From: Antedon mediterranea
Taxonomy: Eukaryota > Animalia > Echinodermata
Assembly: GCF_964355755.1 (NCBI RefSeq)
Contig: NC_092677.1
Coordinates: forward strand, 8,640,101 to 8,704,100
Direction of reading: 5' to 3'
DNA: 64,000 nt
Shown: positions 1 to 10,565 of the stretch, in pieces
Position numbering within the stretch: position 1 is the stretch's first letter
Layout: each line of letters begins with the position of its first letter
The notes under the pieces: model-generated
What the model was told of the DNA's origin: nothing
What the model saw: only the letters and a program-made list of their open reading frames with translations
The model's database searches: none
Program-made: the position numbers and the translations under genes

Positions 1-133
1 TTATATCATTGGAAAATTTATAAGCCTACTGGTTTATAAAATAATAATAAATTAATTGTTTCTCTTCTTTAAAAAAAAAAAATAATGATGATGTTTTCCT
101 TTTGTTTAATAAATATATTTGATTTTCTAGGTA

Positions 134-205
134 TTTTTAGTCACGTGCAAACGCGACTCTACAGCTCACTATGTCGGTTGGTTTGTCGGTCGGTAAACAC
201 TAACT
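134..205 (+). mobile_element. Short/truncated Helentron-associated (HINE/DINE-1-like) element
   Basis: ttttagtcacgtg..cgcgactctacagctcactatgtcggt..gtcggtcggtaaacactaa matches the 5' end and late part of the full copy at 27491-28255; the 3' hairpin is missing. Confidence 0.65.
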
Positions 206-1162
206 CAAATTTAATTTTATATATTTTTTTTCTAAATATTTATTTTGTTATACAAATATTTTCAATGGTAAATATATCGAATGTTCTATGTATTTTTCTA
301 ACAAATGATCTAATTTATTGACTTTTTGTTTATTAAATAATGATTGCTTTTCTAGGTTTTCTATCCAAAAAGATGTACTTTTTTATATACTTCTTATAGA
401 TATACAAAGTTTCTCATTTGGCAGTCTATGACCATCTTCTTCCTCCATACTTCACTGTTAGTGCTTCTTTTATTCATAATATGTATTCTATTTTTAATAT
501 TATATCCAACATTCCTCTCCTTGTTTTACCACATACCTCATACATACTATCATAATTTTGAATAGTCCTTCTCTAATTCTATGTCATCAATTGCTTTTGC
601 TGCTCCACTATCTGTGTGGAGTATAATGAAACATTTTCTTTCCCTCTAATCCATGTTTCGCATCCATACAATGCAACATATTATACCACTGATAATAAAC
701 CATATCTTTTCTTGTTTGCTTGCTTTGTCAGAAATAGAATTCCCTTTGCTGTTTTCTATCCACCGTATTATCTATCTATTTGTACCATGTTCTGTTAATT
801 TTTCTCCTAAAGAGTAGATTGATGTAACTTGTTCATCAGTATGTTTCTATTTTATTATAAACACACACAGGACCATAAGGTTTCAACCTTACCACTTTTT
901 GACACATCTTTGCCTATACCCTGTGTCCTTCACATGGGATTTGTTCCCTCTTTTTGTGATCACCTCACCACTTCCATTCTCATGTCTATGGCACTGTCAC
1001 ATGACATTAAATTTTCTATTATTGATCTTCATTCCATAATTTTTCCTGCTTCATTTATGTTATCCATTTAGTATTTGCAATTACCACCTTGTCATCAGCC
1101 AATCTTTTTTGTTTGTATTAATTAGTGCACTCTGCTACTTTGACTCCTTTAGTACAAATTCT

Positions 1163-3210
1163 GGGCCCGATTCTGGGTAGTAACAAAGTGCGAGGCAGGG
1201 AAGGCATGCGAGGCAAGTCAGAAATTTATGCGAGGCATCGTTTTACCATCATCAAAAATGCGAGGCATCATTTTATCATTTCTCAAAATTGCAAGGCAGG
1301 AAATCACCGAAATTGAAGTAGCCTAGGCCTAGGCCCGCTAGGCTAGTTTCCTTTTGCACCTGCCTTGTATTTTAACCAACTTTATCCTGAATACCACAGC
1401 TTAGAATTAGTAGGCCTACTTTAATGAAGAAAAATCACATAAAAGTAACAATAAATCCATTAAATTGGTGATTTTACAGACGTTGTTTTTCTCGCATTTC
1501 GCACACTCAATGTTCAATATTTTGGTTTCTATGGAACGCCAAAAGAGCAAAATTAATTAGAGGGCTAAAAACTCTGTGGAATCCATTTATATTTAACGCA
1601 TTATTTGGTGAAAATCAAGTACAATTTCAATAGATTTTGTCACTGTCAGTAAGGAAAAATGTTACTGTTGATAATGTACACGGTTTCGTTAACCTTTTAA
1701 AGAATAAAATAGAAAAATTCATCATAATATCCTTAGTAGGATGTCCTAGGTCTAGACTAGGTAGTGATGTTGATTTAGGATCGATTATTATTCTTTGATA
1801 ACAGAACAGTATCAGCAGTAACATATTACAGCATTTTTATTGACAAATTAACAAATATATTGAAATAAAACGTGTTTTTCACCAATAAATGCATGAGAAA
1901 TTGACGCATTCCACAATTTCCACTGAGTTTTAGTCCTCTATTATCGTTGCTCTTTTGGCGCTCCATAGAAACAAAAATATTGAACATTGAATAAGTGAAA
2001 TTCGCGAACAGTGTGCGAGAAACACACCTGTAAAATCATTAATTTAAGGATTTATTTGTTACTTTTTATGTGATTCTTTCATTAAAGTACTCATGAGGTA
2101 TACTTCTAAGGTGTGGTATTCACACGATAAAGTTAGTTATCAAATTTGGAGTAAAAATACAAGCGAAGGAAACTAGCGCCAGGTTTATTAGTACGTACAT
2201 GGACAACAATAAATAAAAATCGTTCGTAATATACCTAGCTTACTAAAACAGGAATAGTGTATCATTATTAAATATTACACCAATTATTATTATATCAAAA
2301 TTGATTAAATTATTTTCTACATACAGTAGGCCTCTTATCTAGGTTAGGGCTAAGCATATTAGCTAAAGTTTAATTTTAGGCCTAGTATTACAATTGTCGG
2401 ACGCAAGTCTTTTTTCACACGCGCTCCAGAATTCTGTCGCAATTTTTTTCTTTGCGGCATGTTATTGGATCGCCATATCAGTTACCTTTTATTCACCGCC
2501 AGTTATTGAACTTGTCCTGGCAATCGCTGTTAACCTTATTTGCGAGAGAGGTACACGTGTTGTTCCTAGAGAATGGAATGTCAAAAATGTCTTTGGCACG
2601 CCGCTCAGAGAGAAGTCTGTGCGTTGCTGCTGAAACCACGTGCTATAGGAGGGGAATGCACCACAATCCTCTGAGCTGAGGGCTGAATCATTCCGCTTAC
2701 CTGCTAAATAGTAAAGAGGGATTTTCCATCTCTCGGGTCTACCGGATCTAGGCGCAGGAGTGTGACAAAATATTATTTTCACTCTGCTATGTTCGAGAGA
2801 CATGTGAGTGAACACGCTCGAAATGCCAACAAACATTGCAGTCATTTGATGAGTGTGTCGCTATAACAATTATTGTTTATCGAAAGTTGAAGACTGTCGT
2901 TCAGATTTTTGAACCGTAGTTTGGGCACTTTTGTAAAAGTAAAATTTGACACGATATGACTTGAATGAAAAAACAATCGTTACATAAAAATAAACAACAT
3001 GATGAGTGTATACACGAATCTATTTAGATACGCTTGTATCGATTGATTATTAGGCCTATAATATAGCATAATAGCACGTTAAGATATGCCTCGCACCTTT
3101 TTGAAATTGTAAACTATATGCCCGCATGCCTCGCACTTTGGGAAATGATAAAATGATGCCTCGCACAAATATTTGGCATGCCTCGCTTGCCTCGCACTTT
3201 GTCAACACTC
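1163..3210. mobile_element. Non-autonomous MULE/Mutator-like DNA transposon with 9-bp TSD
   Basis: ACAAATTCT flanks both sides (1154-1162, 3211-3219). Subterminal inverted repeats acaaagtgcgaggca / tgcctcgcactttgt carry reiterated (t)gcgaggca motifs. G..C termini. Removing it rejoins the RTE RT sequence. Confidence 0.75.
1340..2178. mobile_element. Internal long-inverted-repeat element (MITE/foldback) nested in the MULE-like element
   Basis: ~280-bp imperfect inverted arms ~1340-1620 and ~1870-2178 (e.g. tttctatggaacgccaaaagagcaa vs ttgctcttttggcgctccatagaaa). Confidence 0.7.
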
Positions 3211-3524
3211 ACAAATTCTTCTGCTCATAGAAATTCCTTGTATATATAAAAAATCCTCTACACATCTTTGGTCTTTTTTATTATTCTCCCTCCTCTCTTC
3301 ATATAACTCCCATAATAAACGCCTGTAATCAACAACACTAAATTTTGTTTAAAATACGCATCATTTCTAACCACTTTATCCTATAAAAGGTATTTTCAAA
3401 ACAGATGTATAGTTCATTATCATGTTCTTATGACTTTTCTCATCATGCGTGAAAATAGCATGTACCTTTGCTTTTAACAAAACCAAATTGATAATTTCCA
3501 ATATAATCTGAGAATAATAATGTC

Positions 3525-3658
3525 AGTCTCCTATTCATTGCTCTGAGTATATGTTATGATACTTACAGTCTGTGTTCCTCACATCTTTGTAGTCTCCTAT
3601 TCATTGCTCTGAGTATATGTTATGATACTTACAGTCTGTGTTCCTCACATCTTTGTAG
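3525..3658. repeat. 66-bp tandem duplication (2 copies)
   Basis: agtctcctattcattgctctgag...cacatctttgt starts at 3525 and again at 3591. Confidence 0.9.
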
Positions 3659-4153
3659 GTTTACTTTCTTTTCCATCATACCTTTGATTTTTTCCGTACC
3701 TTATTTTCAAATTCTGTTATTGTTGTTTCTCATAATTGCTTTAGCAATTCCATCTATTCCTTCCACCTTCCAATATTTATTTTTTCCAAGTCTTTCCTTA
3801 TCTCACACCCCATCCTTTCATCATTTACTTCTTCCTCTCTTAAAGAGAACATTTTGTTTGTCTCTGATCGGCGGCATATATGTATTCTCTATATTCTTTC
3901 TAGTTAATAGTTCCTTCTAATATCAATAATAATGTCCTTTCTCTTTTGATAATTCCTGCTAATTATTTCATTTCCTATTTTCTATGATTTATTAATTTCC
4001 TTACACCTTTTACTGAAACCCAGTCTTCTTTTACCATAGCTGTTAAGACATTGGTTTTATTTTACCATTTCCTTCTCTCATCAATATGTAAAAAAATCAT
4101 CTCTTCAGTAATCCCTGGGTTGTTTGGCTTCTAGCCTTTGGCATAATTGATAT

Positions 4154-4477
4154 GTTTGTTTGTTTGTTTGTTTGTTCATTTTTATACTGGGTGACCTCTT
4201 CAGTCAAAGACTGATCTCCCAGAGGACCCAGTTGGTGATCAGTGACTGTGATGTACTAATACACCGGGGTAACCCCCTACTCGTCTCGAAAGATGTACTA
4301 GGTTCTTTAAAATGCACACGAGCTAGTTGTGTACACTGGACCTACGGTTTATAGTCCTTATCCGAGAAGACTCGTTCTACCACCAGAACCATGAAGTGAG
4401 TGAGCCTCGAACCCTTGCCGATGTTATGGCTACGTAATTACGGTTCCACTGTCTTAACCACTCGGCCACTCACTCAC
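4154..4477 (-). mobile_element. tRNA-derived SINE with Deu/Nin-type conserved central domain
   Basis: Minus strand: A box tggccgagtgg, B box ggttcgag, core tcggataaggactataaaccgtaggtcc..ttaaagaacc..gagtagggg..accccggtgt, (AAAC)n tail. The duplicated segment at ~5109-5130 shows the empty site. Confidence 0.8.
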
Positions 4478-5379
4478 TTAATTGCACTGTTACACTTTCT
4501 TCAAAAATCCACTTTCCTTCAGTTTTTTTGTCTTTTATCTATTTGCATCCTAATTTCCTTTCGAGTGGCATCGAACTTTAGCACTTAAAGATGGTTTTTT
4601 AAATATACCTTATCATAATAGAAACAAGGCTGTGGTCTGAACCAACATCAGCTCCAGGATAGCTATGGCAATTTTTTACTGTATTCTTGTATCTCATCTA
4701 TAAAATGTTCTTCCTTGCAAAACCATTTTAATTACAAACTTATAATTCTTAGCAAATGTCATTAATTTATCTCCTAAGTATTTTAATTCCATCTATTCCT
4801 TCCGCCTTCCAATATTTAATTTTTTCAAGCCTTTCCTTACCTCTTCTTTTTGTTTGTCTCTGATCGGCGGCATATATATATTCTTTCCATAAATAAAGAT
4901 TCCAGTTAATGTAGTTCCTTCTAATACCAATAATAATGTCCTTTCTCTTTTGATAATTCCTGCTAATTATTTCACTGCTGTAAAACAACTTCCCCTTATC
5001 TATGATTGATCAATTTCCTTACACTTTATACTGAAATCCAGTCTTCGCCTCCTTTACCTTGTCAGTTATCTCTTCAGTAATCCATGATTTTTGGCTTCTA
5101 GCCTTTGGCATAATTGATATGCTTAATTGCAATGGTTTCTTTATTTGTATTATTCAAAAGAAAAACTTACAGTGAGGTATTTCCTATTGCTTTCTTCACC
5201 AATAGCTAGCTGCTGCCAATCAGATTATCCTTGTTTAGACATTTCTAGCCCAGGCTACCATGCTCTTTTTAGTTGTTCCAGCAACACATTTTCTTTCAGG
5301 GATTGTTGCCTTTGCTTTTCACACAACACCTCCCTCTATGCATTTCTTGATAATTATGTATGTTTTCTTGTGCATGTCT

Positions 5380-5680
5380 TGATATGATATATGTTTTCTT
5401 ATGCATTTCTTGGTATGATATATGTTTTCTTATGCATTTCTTGATATGATATATGTTTTCCTATGCATTTCTTGGTATGATATATATGTTTTCCTATGCA
5501 TTTCTTGGTATGATAATTATGATATATGTTTTCTTATGCATTTCTTGGTATGAGATATGTTTTCCTATGCATTTGTTGATATGATAATTATGATATATGT
5601 TTTCTTATGTATTTCTGGATATGATATATGTTTTTCTATGCATTTCTTGATATGATATATGTTTTCTTATGCATTTCTAG
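5380..5680. repeat. ~28-bp minisatellite (gatatatgttttcttatgcatttcttggtat)
   Basis: About 10 degenerate tandem copies. Confidence 0.9.
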
Positions 5681-5989
5681 GTGTCCTCGCTCAGATCATC
5701 AACATTGACGTGGTAGCGAGGCTTGTGTGTTTCCAATTCGGAGACCAGACTAATGATTATACATTTTTTCACATATTTTTTTATTGACAAAATCATGAGA
5801 AAATTAGACTATTAGTTTCTTTAAATTTAAAAGCATACTTTCTTAATTAAACAAAAAATGATATATTATCAATTCAATTTCATTTATTAATTTAATCAAC
5901 ATTTACTTTTTTTAATCCATTAAAACAGATGAAAACAATTATTATATTACAAATGATGAGTTTCTTTCGAACCGCGCCACATGATCCCA

Positions 5990-6165
5990 AACTGCTGGTT
6001 TATTTGCTGTTCCTCGTCCTAAGACCGAAACTTACAAGCGTAGTTTGACTATAGAGCCTCAACCTTACTTAATAATCTCCCGTCTTTTATTCGCCAGTCT
6101 ACTGTAGGAAATGTGAAACATTTTAAACAATATCTTATCCATGGAGATCCATGTCCTAAATTTAA
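5990..6165 (+). mobile_element. 3' fragment of a CR1/L2-group LINE ORF2
   Basis: Reads FAVPRPKTETYKRS..YRASTLLNNLPSFIRQS..FKQYL with a frameshift, the typical C-terminal P..rT..ykrSF..wN.LP motif. Confidence 0.55.
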
Positions 6166-6920
6166 CTAGTTTTCTGTGTCTCTTTTTGAATTTTGCTTGT
6201 ATTTTAAAATTGTACATATTATTAGCATGTTGAACCTTTGTGTATATATTGAATTCTCATTTGTATTATATTTTAATATTTAAGTTTTGAATTTTATGAA
6301 ATCTGGAAATTTTTATATTTATAGTAGTTATTTTATAATAAATTTTTTTATGATAAAAGGAATTATAGTTCTCTTTGTTACGTGTTTAGAAAAGAATGTA
6401 TATCTCATCGTAGTTTGGTATGTCGGTGTTGTTATGCAAGTGAGTTTGTGCAGGTGTAGTGGGAAAGATAGTATTGTTAGTCATTCGCGAACAACACGCC
6501 ACACTGTTAAATTTTGATTTTTGTGCTAAACATTGCATTTACAACATCAAAAATCGAAAAAATTAAAAGTTGTTAAGGTGTGCTGGGCCCTGCCTCATCA
6601 CTAAGGCCAATTGTACTCCTTCATTTTTTCAGTACTCTTGGGTGGGCTTCATTTCGAGATTACTTTCAAACTAAATGAGGGGCTCTGTTAGGTTCCCGCC
6701 TAGTCGGGGCTCCAGACGGAGTTTTGTCTTAATATTAGTAAAAATATAAATATTTTTGCACGTATATTACTTAAGTTTAGACAAAAATCGAAATAAAAAA
6801 AAAAGAAAAAAAAGAAAAAGACAATGAATACAGACTTGGGGCAAGTCTAGTTCCCGACCCGAGAAATATTTTTTTTTTACATGATTTGAATTATCTTTTA
6901 ATTTAAAGATTACTAACATT

Positions 6921-7740
6921 TAAATTCAACAGTGTGGCGTGTTGACCGCAATGACTAACAATACCATCTTCGGAAGATTGAATCCCCACTAAACCTGCAC
7001 CAACTGACAATGACAATGACAATGATTCTTTATTTCTGTAACAACCCTTTTCAGGGTATGAAAGAACATTCTTTCAATCTTAAACAGAAACAAACTAAAC
7101 GTTTCACGACATAATTGTGTTGGTCTTATACAAAATTGATATATCGAAAAGCAACATCTAACTAAAACAAATACAAAAAATTTCATGAATAACATGAATG
7201 ACCGCAATGACTAACAATACCATCTTCCCCACTAAACCTGCACCAACTCATTTCCGATCTTGTAAATTTTATGTTTGGCGCCCTCAATTTTAAAAACACC
7301 TAAGTTATGTCAGAAAATTAGAAATATATAAATAGAAATGTGTAAAGATGCCGATGCCTAGTCTGGCTAGTATATTCTCTCTATTTATTTAAATACACAT
7401 GCATTATTGTAATAAATAATTTAACAATCAATTTGTGTGTGAATTTTTAACTTTGAACAAACGAAAATGATTTCAAACCATGCACTACATGTTACTGTGT
7501 TTGAGCATGAATGAATAACTGATAATGAGAAATCAAAACAACTAATACAATGAATTAAATGATGAACAATAGCAGGCTGAACAAGCCTGGCCATCCAACC
7601 AACCCATTGATTGCGACCCATATACAAATACTGCACAGTTGGTATGTCGTGCGTTATTATGCAAATTGATTGGTGCAGGTGTAGTGGGGAAAGACGGTAT
7701 TGTTAGTCATTGCGGTCAACACGCCACACTGTTGAATGTT
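6921..7740. mobile_element. MITE with ~90-bp TIRs; a solo end of the same family at 6416-6515
   Basis: aacagtgtggcgtgttgaccgcaatgactaacaatacc (left) vs ggtattgttagtcattgcggtcaacacgccacactgtt (right). Part of the left TIR is duplicated at ~7199-7250. Confidence 0.7.
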
Positions 7741-9089
7741 GATGTTGTTAATTGAAAAAAAAAGAAGACAACAACAAAAACAATATAATCGCAATCTGTT
7801 TATATGTTGCCACGGTTACTAGCTACTAATGGTAAGATTTGCATTATTCTGCTATTGGTCTTCTCCAGCATTCCTCTTAATGATTAGGAACAACAAGAGT
7901 GCCAGACAATATTACCAGTGACTGTAAGTTCGCTTATACTATTTTTGGTTGTTCAAAAAAAAAATAAATAAATAAATGTTATGTAATAATATTTCCAGTG
8001 ACTTTGTGATCATATCATGGACATGCTGCAACATACACCATGACAGCTAATCTGTCATTAATATTGGTAGTACTGTACATTATTAAGATAATAATAATTA
8101 TAGTTTTTGTGACGTTGTATGTATACTACCACTTTGTAAGTACTTACAATATAGACACTCAGACATTTATTTCCTTTTTTTATGTTAGTTATTACCACCA
8201 GTCGACATTTGCATTTTGTTCTGCTCAAATATTTTAAGTATGAAACGCAATGTGTGCCAAAATATTTGTCTTTTTACCAATATTAACAGTAGTCTAGAAC
8301 ATAGACCAGTAAGTACGCTTAGACCAAGTCAAAACTAACTACAAAAATAATCCGGCAGACATATTTATTTTATATTTGCGAATAGGATGGAGATATTGCT
8401 AGGACTATCATGGAAAGACTAAACTAATCTAAACTCCAATCCTAACACCAACTTAATATAGTATATTAGTATATTTTTCTGGTTCTTCTGCTGGATGCTT
8501 TGAGTTAATTACAAATTGCATTTTCTGTACATAGATTTGCATTTCTTTATATTTACAATCTTGATGTTTAAAGCGAGAGCGTCAAATAAAGTGTGGCCTA
8601 TCAAGTACAACAATGCCTAGTTTCAAAACAAATGTATAGAGGATTTTAGCCTTTAGGAAAATAATACTGAAACCAAATATTGACGAGTTCATGAGTTCTG
8701 GCACACATAGTTGTGAAATTAATGTTATATTGGCAATGTGCGTCAGGAGTCGGCACGTGTTAACCATTCAAATAACTTCGTTAGTATGTTAGATAGTCGC
8801 TGGAAGGCGTCTTGTAATACGCACACGTAAACTCATGTCACGAAAAACAAGATAATAAAAGTCTTCAATATTTTGCCAATAACTTTCAATTACAGTCAAT
8901 GAACTGCAATAAAATACTGAAACACCAGAAGACTTAAAATATACAGTGATCGAATTAAGCTTAATAACTGGTGAATATCATCAATACTGAATCGGGTAGA
9001 CATGCTGTTATTACCTAAGTAAAGTTGCTTTAAGGGATAAGTGACTGAAAACTATATAGGCGTTCACCTAAAGTTTTGCCTTTTATGTT

Positions 9090-9870
9090 ATCATTGCGAG
9101 TCTCAGTCCTGGTGAGTGTATTAAACAAGTGACGGTTGGTAATGGATCCAAGATTTTGGAAATATAGGGATGGGTGGCAGGCCCATAAAATTGCGAAATT
9201 GATCTTTGATATCCTAACTTGTGCATTGTAATTTAAAATTCGACTTTGATCAGTCGCCTGCGTTGTCGTTTAGGTTTTTTTTCTTACTTGGTCATTGTGT
9301 ATAATTAGTTACTCGGATAATGTTGTCTTTAGTGGGATCGGTTATACCCCGAAATTTTATCGGATAATTTAGTTTTACTGTGGAAACACGGCCTTATTGA
9401 TGAATAAACAATTGTTGTATTGCGATTGGTGTGACATGGGCTTACCCGGATCTAATACATTTTTATAAATGTGCGCACAACCTTTTTTCACCTCTCTGAA
9501 AATTAGCTTACTACAATATTTGAACAATGAATAAATTCAATTTTTTCTTTCTTTCCATTAACAACAATTTCTGCATATAATTCAATTGGTGTCATTGCAT
9601 CGTGTTTTGCCATAAATATGACGTGTGGCCAAGTTTAATAATTCGGACATTCGAATTTTAATGACCTAGATCATAATATTGACATTTATGGAATGCTAAG
9701 ATATTAAAACCATCATAATATAGATTTTACTAAATGTACATAATCGTGAAGGAATTTTAATTTAAAATATTGTATTTGTTTGCCCAAGGCCTTTTGCTTT
9801 CTAAATGGTGAGGAAGACGTCCCTTGCAAAAGATTGTAATTCAGGATACAGCGCCACCATTTTTTAATCG

Positions 9871-9902
<32 letters not shown>

Positions 9903-10100
9903 ATATTTTCCCAACCGTCACTTATTTAATACACTCACCAGGACTGAGACTCACATTGATGAAGGGCTAGTGTTGCCCGAAAGCTCTTCTAACTTTTCTG
10001 GCTGTTTACTTTATCGTTTTGATTTAGCTTTTCGCTTTTTATTTTTGTATCTCCATTGAGATCCAGCCACTGATACCCACAGCATTGTCATTTTTTTCAG
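9090..10100 (+). mobile_element. Possible Penelope-like remnant: inverted repeat plus hammerhead-like motif
   Basis: 42-bp inverted repeat 9098-9139 / 9911-9952, followed directly by tTGATGA-a-GGGC-tagtgtt-GCCC-GAA-AGCT-C (9956-9986). Confidence 0.45.
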
Positions 10101-10448
10101 TAATTTGCGTTTGGATTTATATATTATAAATATATATATTACCGTAGAATTCCTCTTGCACGCCTCTATTCTGGAGAAAACCCTCTATTCTATTGAGAGG
10201 ACATTTTGCCGTGACACCGAGGAGTGAAACTAATGAACTTATATATGGCCAGCTCTTATTCTGGCGTAAGCCACTTAATCACGACGCGATGATCATCCTA
10301 ACTGTTTTTTTCTTCTTTTTTTTTCTTGTAGTTCATATATCTGTGTGTGGAAAATAAATAAATGAAACAAACAAACAAAACTGTAGATTCGCTTGTCGCT
10401 TTACTTTCGTTGCACCTTCGTCGTTTCGTTGAGTTCACACAAGAATAT

Positions 10449-10565
10449 CTAACAACAGGACACTGAGCTCGCCTTGCCAAGAAGGCTCTCTTATGTCTGG
10501 TTGCGTCAAATACCAACACTAAATATGTGCATATTCTCCGCGGCGCGCAGTGTCTGTTAAGAAGC
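10449..10565 (+). repeat. Dispersed ~190-bp structured repeat, copy 1 (partial)
   Basis: ctaacaacaggacactgagctcgcc..aaatacca..catatt..gtgtctgttaag shared with 48880-49055 (-) and 56872-57060 (+). Confidence 0.75.

Larger units (their letters stand above)
395..5130 (-). pseudogene. Decayed RTE-clade LINE ORF2 (endonuclease + reverse transcriptase), fragmented and interrupted
   Basis: Minus-strand motifs read by eye: EN C-terminus RYKNTVKNCHSYPGADVGSDHSLV (~4630-4700), QFGF (~3480-3490), LYICF..F..IKW (~3370-3412), KGV..C (~1125-1150), LADD (~1085-1105). Many stops and frameshifts; boundaries approximate. Confidence 0.7.

Noticed and set aside
7804-7923. Signal-peptide-like exon MLPRLLATNGKICIILLLVFSS.. 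ending at gtaagt
   Set aside because: In-frame TAG, and the next acceptor leads straight to a stop; no supporting homology
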